A DNA stretch of 64,000 nt. Source: Octopus bimaculoides (lineage: Eukaryota). Under the pieces are notes generated by a model. That model saw only the letters and a list, made by a program, of their open reading frames with translations, did no database searches and was not told the DNA's origin. Location: contig NC_069003.1 of assembly GCF_001194135.2 (NCBI RefSeq), forward strand, positions 19,524,404 to 19,588,403, given 5' to 3'. The position numbers and the translations under genes are program-made. This document shows, in pieces, positions 11,801 to 24,186 of the stretch (position 1 is its first letter; each line of letters opens with the position of its first letter).

Positions 11801-12133
11801 CAGTTAACCATTTATTGGCTTATTTTCTTTTTTTTCTTTCTTTTTGTTTTGCATCATATTATCTGTTACTGTGACTTCAAGGCTGAGTTCATGGTTTAAG
11901 TTATATAAAGAACAAAATACTTCATTCCAGCTATAAAATGTCTGCTCAGAAAATTCAGGTAAATTTATAAATCCCCTTTTATCTACCCTGGCAATGCTTC
12001 ACCCCCATCAGCTCCAATAATACCTTCACCTATACCCTCACTTTCCTGTTGACCTATGCATGCATGCATAAAGAAACAACTAGAAAATAGTGAATAATAA
12101 ACATATGCACATTCATATAAATATGTGTGTGTA

Positions 12134-12203
<70 letters not shown>

Positions 12204-13387
12204 GCAAAATATGAATAAATTACTCTGTGAAATACAATAACAACATCAAAAGAGAGAAATACTAAAGGTAGTTTCATAACAGCTTGAAAGAAATGAAAAT
12301 ATTAATTCACATACATACTTCCCATATGTGTACGTGTATATCTATGTTCTAAGATGCTTACAGTATGTGTGTGTATGTTTGTGCATGTGTGCATGCATAA
12401 AAGAGACACAAATAGATAATGAGGGACAATATATGTATATGCATGTGTTTTTCAATACATGTGTATATAAAAAGAGATAATGATAAATGGTGAAAGAGAT
12501 ATCAGGCTCTAGGATAAGTACATTTTATTTGTAAACATCTGTTTCACATAGCACAGATATATAGACATTCAAACACACACACACATGCAAATGTCATTTT
12601 TCAAGAAGCTCAAAAGACTTATCTTCAAACTTCTCAAACAAACTTCAGACAAGCTAAACATACACATACAACACAACACACACATTGTCTTTGTATGGGT
12701 ACAAGCATGGATGTGTGGTAAAAAAAAAGTTTGCTTTGCATCCATAGGATCAAACTCACTTTAACATCATTTTAAACAATTGTCTTCTACCATGTGTGTG
12801 TGTGTGTATGTGTGTGCGCACATGTGCGCATGCGATACAAGATGAGAACTAATACATTCAAACTGAAAATGTTCCACTGGTATTCATGCTAAGATGAATT
12901 ATCTCCATCTGGAACCCCCTCCTTTCCCATGTTCTTCCTGCAACATTAGATAGTTGTTTTAGATAGTCCTGGGTCGAGTCCCTTTCACCAGCAAAACCAA
13001 TGGCACATATTTTAATTCTCAACACAATCATACATTCAACCCAGATAATTACAACACATGGTATCTATTTAATCTGTCAAGATTCCATGAAGAGTATTTA
13101 CTATGACTTTTGGCTACTCTGTAGATGTCAACCCCAAATGCTAGTCAGAAATCTTTAAATACAACAAAGTATTAATTTCATTTCACTTTCATTCCAATTA
13201 CCTCCATGCCACCTGCCTGTTTGTTGGTCTGTCCATCTGTCCATCCACCCATGCATGGTGGAAGTAAATTTGTGATTGAGTAAGCATATTCATTCACCAA
13301 GTCCATGCAAACATGCCAAGAGTTCAAGAAGTTCCTGTGTGTGAATTTATTTTAAGTGGATAAACTGTTGCACAGCACTAAACTCAC

Positions 13388-13403
13388 TTTTCAATGCAAT
13401 CAG
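13388..13403 (-). other. Candidate 16-nt microexon (CTGATTGCATTGAAAA)
   Basis: Minus strand tttttttttctccAG|exon|GTGAGT, in non-repetitive context. No protein identity. Confidence 0.25.
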
Positions 13404-14345
13404 CTGGAGAAAAAAAACACAAAACAGTGGCAAAACAGAAGTCAAGATGACCAGAAACCAACTGCACTTGAGGGTCTTTTTGTTGTTTTTCTTTTACATG
13501 AATTTACCTTCTCTTAGAAGGAAGTTCTAACAAGAACTAGGGGTCCATCACTCCCAGTGGATCACATGCTAGGTAATTCATAGTTAGGATCCTAACAGGC
13601 ACTACTACTCTGGGTCAGAGTAGACCTAGGAACAATAGTGGCTAAGAGAAAGGTTCCACTACCAGATGCCCTTTAAAGTCATAACCAGGACATATGTACA
13701 TACATACAAGAAAATGAGATGATAAAGGAATAAACGATTATCCTATGAACTTCATTAGCTTACAGCTGTTTCAGCTATAAGATCTAGTGCACTCATAGTT
13801 GAGTGCCTGAGTAACACCTTACCTTATAAGGTGTTACTCCTAGTATCACACACACATTATACATATATATATGCATAAAATTCCCCTTGTCACTTGAGAA
13901 ACCATGTATCTACAGCAAGACACCTCTTTCTGTTCCTCTATCATACTTAAGCCACTTAACACTTTGCATAAAGCCACCTCCCCAATATTACCTCACTCAG
14001 TTGAAGAGCCTTGTCTCATGAGTTACTTGGTTACCTCACTAGTGCCAATGCCATGAAAAAAAAAAAACCCAACTAGTACACTGTAAAGTGATTGGCATTG
14101 GGAAGAACATCCAGACATAGAAACCATTCCAGGGCAGACACTGGAGCTTGGCACAGTCCTCTAGTCCCTCAGTACCTGTCAAACTGTTCGACCTATATCA
14201 GCAAGGAAAACAAACATTGAATGATGATGGCAATGATACGTACACACATATATGTACAAATGCCCAATTATGCATACACACAAATGCTGAAAAACACACA
14301 ACACCATACATATACACACCTAAGAAGATCTTGAGTGAACCAAAA

Positions 14346-14501
14346 TATATTCTCCTAGATTCATGGTTATGAATTAAAATTCTGATTTCCCTGACTTTTG
14401 GCTTTGAATTTTTTTCTTTTTGTAAATGGCCTGACAATGTTCTGTGGAATCTGTCACTATCATAAATATCGGTAATTCCAGTTCTCTGGAGCTACAAGAT
14501 C
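14346..14501. repeat. 156-bp segment, copy 2
   Basis: Near-identical to 11514-11669, same orientation, 2832 bp downstream. Confidence 0.9.
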
Positions 14502-14736
14502 TAATGTGAATATAAACAGATTGGATATTCATTTCCCTGTGATTTGGTCAACAAATATAGACACCTCTGAAGATGAAACCTCAATGAGGGTTGGAAAGTG
14601 ATTATGGTCGTTTAGTTTTTTTATCTATAGAGAAATAGATAAATTCAATGTTTGTATGTCTGCTATGTAGGTTTATATGTGTGTGGGTGTGTGCATCTGT
14701 GTGTGTGTGTGTGTATGTATGTATATATATATATAT

Positions 14737-15152
14737 GGGAACCCGTAGAAGAGGTATGCCCAGGAAGACCTGGGCTGAGGTGGTGAGGCAAGACCTTCGA
14801 ACATTGGGCCTCACCGAGGCGATGACTACTGACCGAGACCTTTGGAAATGTGCTGTGCGTGAGAAGACCCGGCAAGCCAAGTGAGATCGTTGCCAGTGCC
14901 CCTGGACTGGCTCTTGTGCAGGTGGCACATAAAAGAGACCATTTCGAGCGTGGCCGTTTTCGTGCGGGTGACACGTAAAAGCACCCACTACACCCTCTGA
15001 GTGGTTGGCGTTAGGAAGGGCATCCAGCTGTAGAAACTCTGCCAAATTAGATTGGAGCCTGGTGTAGCCATCCGGTTGCACCAGTCCTCAGTCAAATCGT
15101 CCAACCCATGCTAGCATGGAAAGCGGACGTTAAACGATGATGATGATGATGA

Positions 15153-15156
<4 letters not shown>
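14737..15156 (+). mobile_element. Young 5'-truncated RTE LINE 3' end inserted in a (TA)n tract
   Basis: Open C-terminus GTRRRGMPRKTWAEVVRQDLRTLGLTEAMTTDRDLWKCAVREKTRQAK* (RTE GRPRKTW..DL..DR..W motif), followed by 3' UTR and a (GAT)7 tail. TA repeats on both flanks; CpGs retained. Confidence 0.92.
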
Positions 15157-15197
<41 letters not shown>

Positions 15198-16537
15198 CAA
15201 ACACACACCTGTACAAACATACATAGTAGATTTATCAGTCTTGGTTCCCAGTGTTTGATTAATTTGTCAAATGTCTAAGTCAATTTCTTAATTTCATCAT
15301 CATCAACATCCTTATTATTATCATTATTAATATTCTTATTTCTGTGTTTAGCACTAACTAGAGACTTAATGAAAGAGAATGGCTGACCACCAATTCAGAA
15401 TCTTAATTGGCATTGGTGCTAGAACTCTACAAAAGAAAAATCTGTATTTCCAAGCAGCCAACCAACCTGATAGCATCATTCGGTTTATATCATCACTCAT
15501 CTTCCTCCCACATCATTCTTTCTATTCTTATCCCTCTACCCCACTCCTTTACCGTTCTTCCTTGTTAGGCGGAATTTTCACAAAGTGATCAAAATTAACT
15601 CCAACTTAGATTCTCCCCTTCCAACACTGTGCTTCTTCACTAGACCAACCAACCAACTCCCCCAACAACCTTGCTCTGCCCCACCTACTAACCTGCTGTT
15701 CGCTCTATTTTACGACTTCATTCATTACTAAGCTAATCAACTGATCTCTAAAATGGCTTAATAATAATTGCTCATTCTCATTGTTGTTAGTCACTGCTGG
15801 AAAGTAAACCAATCAGTAGAATCTATTCTATTTAGCAATTCTTATTTTTAAATCCAATTTCATTTCATTTGCCTTGTACTATTATTGTTGCTATTATTTT
15901 GTTTTTTTTTTCTTCCACATCCCTAACCAATAACAAAAAAAAAAAAGAAAAGAACCAAAAAAAAAAGAAAAGAAGAATGGATAAAAAAAGACGCATCTAC
16001 CTTCTATGATTCCGGAAGATTTAAGAACTATTGAATTACCTTTATCTTCATTTATTTCTTTATTTAGTTAGTTACACTCCACCCCTGCTGTTCCATATCT
16101 ATTGCCCTATATCCGACTGCTAGCAATACCTGTGGTTTATAGTCAATATGTCAAAAAGTTGTGATAGCAGAGAAGTAGCAACATGTAGAGCATTTCAGTT
16201 AATGTTTAGCAGTATCTACTTCCATCCATCTAGATTCTGAGTTCAAATGACACTAGAGTAAACAGATAAAAATACTTTGTGATATTTTCCTTGGTTACAT
16301 CCCTGTATGTTCTCAGCTTTTTCCCCCTGTTGATCTCTCTCAGCTCTGAGATGGACAAAACAAGCACCAGTTGGTGAAATAATTGTTAGCCAAGTACAAA
16401 GGACTTTTAGGATCGTCACTTGACTGACTAGAAATGACAGCCACTAAATTTCCCACAAATTTAACTCTTGTCACAGGCAGAAACTCACTAACTAAACATC
16501 TGCTTGGTCAGAGCTAACTTGGGGCAAAACAATAATA

Positions 16538-16763
16538 CTGGGTGGCCCAAAAGTAGGTTTACAGTTTTCACAGAGGCACTTTAAATTTCTTTTAAAACAT
16601 TTCATTACATTTAAATTTCTATCTTACAAACTGAAAAGGGAGCTTGACAAAATTAACTAAATTAGCATTTCATATTTTTTTTTGTAATTAAGATCTAAAC
16701 TGTTAATATATGAATGTGAAAGAGATAGTTGAATAACTATAAACCTACTTTTGGGCCAGCCTG
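16538..16763. mobile_element. Tc1/mariner-type MITE, TA TSD
   Basis: 29-bp TIRs matching 26/29 (ctgggtggcccaaaagtaggtttacagtt / aactataaacctacttttgggccagcctg), with TA on both sides. Confidence 0.88.
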
Positions 16764-16796
16764 TATGACTACAGGGGGTCAACATAATAGACTATA

Positions 16797-16936
16797 CAAG
16801 GCATGGGTGACCTTTTTTGAGAAGTGGACAGCAGGAGAAACAGATCATCATCAGCAGGTGGGCTGCATTACTAAAATTCTTGTTGGTGTGTCATAGGCAA
16901 ACAACAACCCATAGGTTGTTGTTTGCCTATGATCAG
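16797..16936. mobile_element. hAT-like MITE remnant containing a perfect 19-bp hairpin
   Basis: caaggcatgggtgacc ... gtttgcctatgatc termini resemble the hAT MITE CAGGG.TGGGCAA ends. Hairpin at 16891-16932. Confidence 0.55.
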
Positions 16937-16998
16937 AGTATCCCCAAGAGAGACAATGCACTGGAAGAAATGCAGTTCCATGACTGAAACTACTTTAA

Positions 16999-17180
16999 CC
17001 CTTTAGCATTCACATTATTCTGTCAAAAGTAATGCTTATTTATTCACATTGCTGTGAATTTAACCATGTATGATCTTGTAGCTTTGAGATTTTGATGATG
17101 TGATTACAGAATAAGTATGAGAGGCCGGATCTGGCAAATTAGAACATAAAACAGGTAGAATATTTTGACCAGTTTAAAAA
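16999..17180. mobile_element. TTAA-type MITE family 1, partial
   Basis: TTAA|ccctttagcattc start; body matches 57751-57969 and the reverse of 2685-2904. Confidence 0.75.
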
Positions 17181-17284
17181 ATAATAGCAGAGTGGGAACT
17201 TTACAGCCCAACTATTTCTTCACTATTTTTGGATCCTTACAATTTAATTGTCTCTACCTACTACTTTTCCACTCTTTTACTTGT

Positions 17285-17477
17285 TTCAGCCATTGGACTG
17301 AGGCCATGCTGGGGCACCACCTTAGAAGGTTAAGTGGATAAAACTTACTCTAGTATTTAAGTCTGGTACTTATTCTGTCAATCCTTTTTGCTGTACTGAC
17401 ACAAACAAACCAACACCGGTTGTCAAGTGGTGAAAAGTAAATGTAAAGACATGAATGCATGCAAGCACACATGGGTA

Positions 17478-17517
<40 letters not shown>

Positions 17518-17650
17518 AGACAGGCTTTCATACAGTTTCTATCAACCAAATTCACTCACATGGCATTGGTCAGCCTGGCAAGGGTGAGATGACACTTGCC
17601 TAACATGCCACAGCAATGGGACTGAACCTGAAACCATGTGGTGGTTGTAC
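17285..17650 (-). mobile_element. SINE family D copy
   Basis: Reverse match to the family D consensus (gtttcagccattggactgaggccatgctgg ... gggactgaacctgaaaccatgtgg). Confidence 0.75.
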
Positions 17651-18327
17651 CCCATGACAACATGTAGAGTGACATCATAGACTAGAGAGGAGTCAGTTTG
17701 TTGTGAGGGGGTTTTATGGCTCATTTTAGAAAAAGTGTACATTGTGTTATTGAGAAAATCATGAAACCTCATCTCATACACACTCACTAATACAAATATA
17801 AACATATACTCATACATATTCATGCACATACATAAAAAAAAAACATACATTCGTACTATTTTTTTTGACCGTGGCCCATACTGGGGCAATACTTCCAAGT
17901 TCTTTAATCTATTTATATCAGCTCCCTTACATATTTCTGTCTGTTATTCTAATGGTCTATATTTGTCAAATAACTAAGATACATTTAGGCAGTGAACATA
18001 GACATAAACACATCACCCCCACAAACACAACACTCCTCATGCATACACACAAACACATTTACACATGATGGGCAACTACAGTTTCTGTCTACCTAATTCT
18101 ACTCACAGGTATTGGTCAATCTCAGGCTATAGCTGCTAAAGAAACCATGCAGTGGAATCGAACTCGGAAACACATGGTCACAAAGCAAACTTCTTAAATA
18201 CACAGCTATGCATGTGCATATATATCCTGTGCAATTAGTCTGGAGAAATGGTTGATCTGCTCTCAGGCTCTTCAATGTGAGAGGAAGTGACATGGCTGAT
18301 TTTTCCCTTGAACAGTTTTATATAGGT

Positions 18328-18656
18328 GCAGGCATGTTTGTGTGGCAAGAAGCTTGCTTTCCAACCACATGATCTCAGGTTCAGTTCCACTGTTTGGCAC
18401 CTAAGGCAACTGTCTTCTACTACAGCCTTGAGCTGACCAAAGCCTTGTAAGTGGATTTGATAGACGGAAACTAAAAGAAGCCAATCTTTGTTTGTCCCCA
18501 CACACACACACTGCTTGACAACCGGCAAAAGAGATTGATAGAATAAATACCAGACTGTAGAACAACAAAAAAAAAAAATTGATTCAACTAAAACAAAATT
18601 CAAGGTGGTGTCCCAGCATGGCCATGGTCAAATAACTGAAACAAGTAAAAGATAAA
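18328..18656 (+). mobile_element. tRNA-derived SINE family D (possibly one of the described octopus OR/OK SINEs; not verified)
   Basis: Head gcaggcatg..gtgtggcaagaagc..ggttcagttcc, internal microsatellite, tail ggtggtgtcccagcatggcc..actgaaacaagtaaaaga. Further copies at ~26858-27015, 36775-37100 (-), 40495-40850 (-), 43690-43920 and 51750-51890. Confidence 0.8.
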
Positions 18657-19424
18657 GATTTGTACATCTGTCTGTCTGTATCTGTCTATCTATATGTGTG
18701 TGTACATGCATGTACATACATTTGAAACATTCAACATATCAACACATATATATACACACACTCTCTCTCTAACTCTCCCACACACAACTCTGATAGTTTA
18801 AGAAGAATTACAAACAATTATTTTGGAAATTGAAATAAAGACAGAAAAGCTACACCCACCCTGTCCTCACCAGGGTGGGTGTGGTCTGTCTTTGTTTCAC
18901 ATCAATTACAATGAACAATAAACACAAGTCTCGAAAGTTGCTTACATCATAGAAGCTTGAAAATAATTCATTTTAATTGATGTGAAATAAAGACAGCAAA
19001 ACCACACATCGAAACGTCTAGAAATCAAGCAACAGTAATTTCAAATGTATGATACTTCTAACTATTTATATTATATTTTCTTTATTCCATTTATTAATTT
19101 TAAGTTTTTATTTATTTATTTTTTGTGTAAGGGTGGGGGGTAGGATGGCAGCTATTTGAAGAAAGCACTAGGTTCAATGAAGATGTCAGAATATTTTCAT
19201 TTGTCTGCAAGTGAGAGGTGTTAGTTTGGATCATTCTACAGAAAGTGTTTTATTAAGTATGGAGCAGGCATGTTATCCTGACATTTGCTTTTAAAACTTC
19301 TTTCAACTTTTCAGCAGATACCAAAAAAAAAAAAAGAAAAAAAAAGAAATAATTGATTGAAGAAGAGAAAATAATAATAACAATAATTTCTGGTCTTAAC
19401 TGATTGAAAGTGTTAAAATATAAA

Positions 19425-20835
19425 GAAGAACTGTAGCTAAGCACTTTGTCAGGTGTAATGATTCTGCCAGTTTGCTGCCTTAATAATAACAATAGCTTCA
19501 AAGTTTGGCATAGCACTAGCAATTGTAGGGGGTGAGGAAAAGTTGATCACAGTGGCCCCAGTACTTACTTGGCTGGCACTTCAATAGGGTGAAAGGCAGA
19601 GTTGACTTCAGCCAGAGGAAAGCCCAAATGATGCTGTAACAGCTCTGCTAGCTCACTACCATAAATAGTAATGGTTTCAAATTTTGGCAAAGGGCCAGCT
19701 GTTTTTGAGAGGAGCAGGAAGTTGATTTCATTGTTCTTAGTATTTGACTGGTAATTATTTTATCAGCCACAAAAGGATGGAAAGCACAGTTAACCTCAGA
19801 GGAATTTGAATTCAGAATGCAGAATAGACAAAACGTTGCTAAGCATTTTGCTGGGCATGCTAATAGTTAAAGCCAGCGATTTTGAGGGGAACCTTGGTAC
19901 TTCACTGATACTGTATGTATTCTATAGACCCAGAAAGAATGACAGACAAGCTGACCATGGCAAGATTTGAACTAGTAGAGCCAGAACAAATATCACATGG
20001 CATTTTCCCCCTAATATATACAAGAGATTCTGCTGATCCACTGCCCTGATTTAGGCACAAGACCAACAATTTTGAGGGGCAGGATGAACTTGATTTTATT
20101 AACTCTAGTTCTTGACTGGTACCTTATGGCTATTAGAATAATAATTATTATTATTAATAAGGTGGTGAACTGGCAAAATCGTTAGCATGCTGGGCAAAAT
20201 GCTTAGCAGTATTTTGTCTGTCTTTACGTTCTGAGTTCAAATCCCACCAGGGTTGACTTTGCTTTCATCCTTTTGAGGGACATAAAATAATTACCAGCTG
20301 AACACTGGGGTTGATGTAATCAACTTAACCCTCTCCCTGAAATTACTGACCTTGGCCAAAATTTGAAATTTTTATTATTATTATTATTATTATTAAGAAG
20401 GCATCAAGCTGGCAGAAGCTTGAAGCACACCAGGCAAAATGCTTATGATATTTTGTCCATTTTTACATCCTAAGTTTCAATGCCGATGAAGTCAACTTTG
20501 CCTTTCATCTTCTTGGAATCAATAAAATAATAAATACCAACTGATGACTGGGGCTGACATAATCAACTTACTCCCTCCCCATAATTGCTGGATTTGTGTC
20601 AAAAGTCGAAGCTATTATCATTAAGGTGGTAAACTAGCAGGATTGTTAGCTCACTGAGCAAAATGCTTAATAGCATTTCATCTGTCTTGAAGTTCTGAAT
20701 TCAAATTCCACCAAGGTCAACTTTGCCTTTTACACTTTCAGGGTTGATATATTAAGCACCAGTTGAATACTGAGGTTGATGTAATGAACTTACCCCCTCC
20801 CTTGAAATTTCTGGCCTTGTGCTAAAATTTGAAAT
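19425..20835. mobile_element. Dense cluster of ~8 SINE family B (short-tail) copies: 4-5 minus copies (19425-20125), then 3 plus copies head-to-tail (20159-20370, 20396-20610, 20622-20835)
   Basis: Repeated ctggcagaa..gagttcaaat..gactttgcctttcatcc..ctggggttgatgtaat..aaatttgaaa blocks separated by (TTA)n. Confidence 0.85.
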
Positions 20836-21306
20836 GACAATTATTATATTAAGAACATCACAATATGCTACATTGTGAAACTTCATTTAATTATATCTGT
20901 ATATAACTAGTGGCAAGTGATGCTAAATAGTTAAATATAATTTCGAAGATGGTTATCTAATAATCTAATTTAATAAATCCATTTACATGTTTCCATCAGC
21001 AAAGACATCATATTCTTACTTGCTTCAATCCATCAGCTTGAAAGAGAGCCCTTCCCCCACCACCACTTTAGATAAAGCAATTGATCATCAAGAGAACACT
21101 TAATGTTAAAAACAATAGAAATATTTGCTGAACAAAAATATTCATTCAAAATTACTGTTCTTTTAATGGCAAATACATGAGGAGGAAAAGGACAACATGT
21201 TGATAGGAAAATATCAACAAACATCACAGTCTATAGCTCAGTGATTTTCAAATGAAATGCAAAATATAAACCCTCACAGAGACAAATATGCATATGTGCC
21301 TGTCTG

Positions 21307-21360
<54 letters not shown>

Positions 21361-22342
21361 TGTACATATACTAATTGAAGAGTACAATATTATATATCCA
21401 TTATGGCCAATCTTACCAATCAGTTTCGCACTAGGGGTTCAACAGGGCGTTAGACAACAGCCCGATTATGTAACCCTGTGCTCTTTGGAGATGGCCATTA
21501 TGGAATGAAATATGATGACTGCTCTCTATTCTTGGAAGTGAAAATACACATCCAGTTTGTAGTTGCTGCAAATAAGATAACGAAACAAACCGTCAGAAAA
21601 ATGGCGTACTCAGTACCATAAAAGAGATTATTGATATTTTATTTTAGTTGAGTCAGTCCCTTAATATTCTGAGTTTCACCCAAGATTCCTTTCCCTTCCC
21701 TTTTTTATCCTTTTATCATACTTTCGAACCATCACCATAACCTATGACAAGAAAACTATATATGTGTAAACCCCATCAATATCCAGTCGTAATTAGCCTG
21801 AGGATGCCCTGTGTACCCACAAGTGAAACTCAAATTAATGAGAGTTTGACTTGACCAAAATAATATAGATGAGCAGAGGCCCTCAGAAATTCTAGGTTGA
21901 TGTCCAGCATGCTGTAAGACTAATGGGAGTAAGGCACACCCTAGCTATTGTTAAAACATATTTCCAGGAGAACATCGCTCTGATATAAAACCACATACAC
22001 AGGGAATGGCACTGGACATTTTGGGGATCTTTTGCTTGCACTTGAGATCATGGAACTACTAAATTCATGAGCCTGTTACCCATATTGGCACTGGATGTCT
22101 TGCTCTGGCATGGAGAGGGCTTGTGCAGTGCTGTGCAAGCCTTATTGGACCTAAAATTTTAGGTTGCACAATTGATGGAGAGGTGTTGTGGCTAGCATGG
22201 ACGCTATGGGTTTGAATCTGAGTGAAGACAATTGTGAGTGCAATAAGCTCATGCACAGGCATTGCTGACATCTTGCACAGGCAACGGTCAGTGACAGTCT
22301 TCCTCGATCGAGAGTGGACAACCATCAAATATATACATACAC

Positions 22343-22395
<53 letters not shown>

Positions 22396-23381
22396 TGTGT
22401 ATGCATATGTACATGTGTGTGTGTGTGTGTGTGAGTATGTGTACACATGTGCTTGCATGTATGTATGCATGTGTGAATGTATATATATATTTGTGCATGT
22501 ATGTTTGTGAAAGTGTGTGGTGTGTGTGTATTAGACTAGGAAAATGAACATGGTGTTTATGATATAAATTACAATATAATTCATTCCATCTTTGATGAAG
22601 AGCCACTACTCAAAATTTTGGTTATTATTGTATTTCTTCTCTTTACAACACATCAACATACTAAGTATTTGCATTTTAAAGAAACGAATCATGCTGATAC
22701 AGACTATGGTTAGTCTCTTTGAATTTTTATGAATTTATTTCATATAAAATTAATATGGATTTGTTTTTTGTTGCTGTTAATTTTTTACACTCAAAATTCA
22801 AGTAATAACCCTATCATTATATTCTCACTTTCAAATGAATAACTTTATTATTATCATTATTGTTCCAATTATTATTAGTAGTAATAGTAGCAGAACTATT
22901 ATTATTACTACAGTATTGTAATATTATTGTTATTATAACTACTACTACATACTATTGGGGGTTTTATTGCGACTACTACTAGTTATCATTATCATCATCA
23001 TTATTGTTGTTGTTTTTTTTCACAGTGGAGAAAAATTAAATCTGCATTTGAGAAAACAAAAAAAGAAAGAATAAAGAATCTGTGTGAATTTTATCTCTTC
23101 TGTTGAAAGAACAGAAGCTAAATATAAAATTTAGTCCCCACTTTTTGGTTTATTTTTACACATTATTTCCATAAGAATTTAAAAACTTGTTTTTGTCATT
23201 GTTATCATGGTTTCTTTGTACATCATTTTTCTCTTTTCTTTATTGTTATAAGAGTAGGACTTTAATTCTAATTGTAAATCATGTGGAAGATATTATGATT
23301 GAATATTATTGGAAAAATAGGTTGTACAGGAAGGGGTTAAACAACAGCAACAATAATAAAAATAACAACAACAATAATAAC

Positions 23382-23437
<56 letters not shown>

Positions 23438-23874
23438 TACCGACAAAGATACGTTGTGTATGAAATTGTTAAGAAGACATTACAAACTCTTTTCAAAGTT
23501 ATTCCCTTTCTTCATTTGTCATATGTTTTAAGGAAATTTTTTTTGAGTTTTTTTCTTTAAAAAGATTCTCTTAAAAACTTTCTAGCATGGAGTGAAAACA
23601 TCTACTGATTACTATTTTCTCTCTGCTACTTGTGTTGTACATTGGATTGTAGTCAAGCTTCAGCCAATTATATTGAGGTTTCAGCCAATTATATTGACAA
23701 ACCTAAAGTTAGTGCTGTCTGATATTTATTTGATCCGTTTCTATGTTTAAAAATATTAAGTCACTTCATTTGTTTTTTTTTTGTTTTTTTTTTACATAAA
23801 GGGTTTGCACCCACAAACAAAGACACTCATAACAATTTATTAGTTTTGAAATTTATTTCCTTCAGTGATATACA

Positions 23875-24186
23875 ATCATCATCATCGTTTAACGTCCGCT
23901 TTCCATGCTAGCATGGGTTGGATGATTTGACTGAGGACTGGTGAGAACCAGATGGCTACACCAGGCTCCAATCAGATGGCTACACCAGGCTCCAATCAGA
24001 TGGCTACACCAGGCTCCAATCAGATTTGGCAGAGTTTCTACAGCTGGATGCCCTTCCTAACGCCAACCACTCAGAGAGTGTAGTGGGTGCTTTTACATGC
24101 CACCAGCATGAAGGCCAGTCAGGCAGTACTGGCAATGGCCACGCTCGAAATGGTGTATTTTATGTGCCACCTGCACAGGAGCCAGT
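23875..24186 (-). mobile_element. Young RTE 3' end copy, truncated by an assembly gap
   Basis: (atc)n gtttaacgtccgctttccatgctagcatgggttgg.. matches 7672-8230 and 14737-15156. Confidence 0.9.
23949..24025. repeat. Perfect 24-bp triplication inside the RTE 3' UTR
   Basis: cagatggctacaccaggctccaat x3 plus cagat. It is single-copy in the other family members. Confidence 0.95.

Noticed and set aside
14568-14605. CTGAAGA...GAAA hammerhead-like spacing (also the gaaacgtc half-site at ~19012)
   Set aside because: No valid stem III/NUH or stem I at 14568, and no CUGANGA box at 19012.
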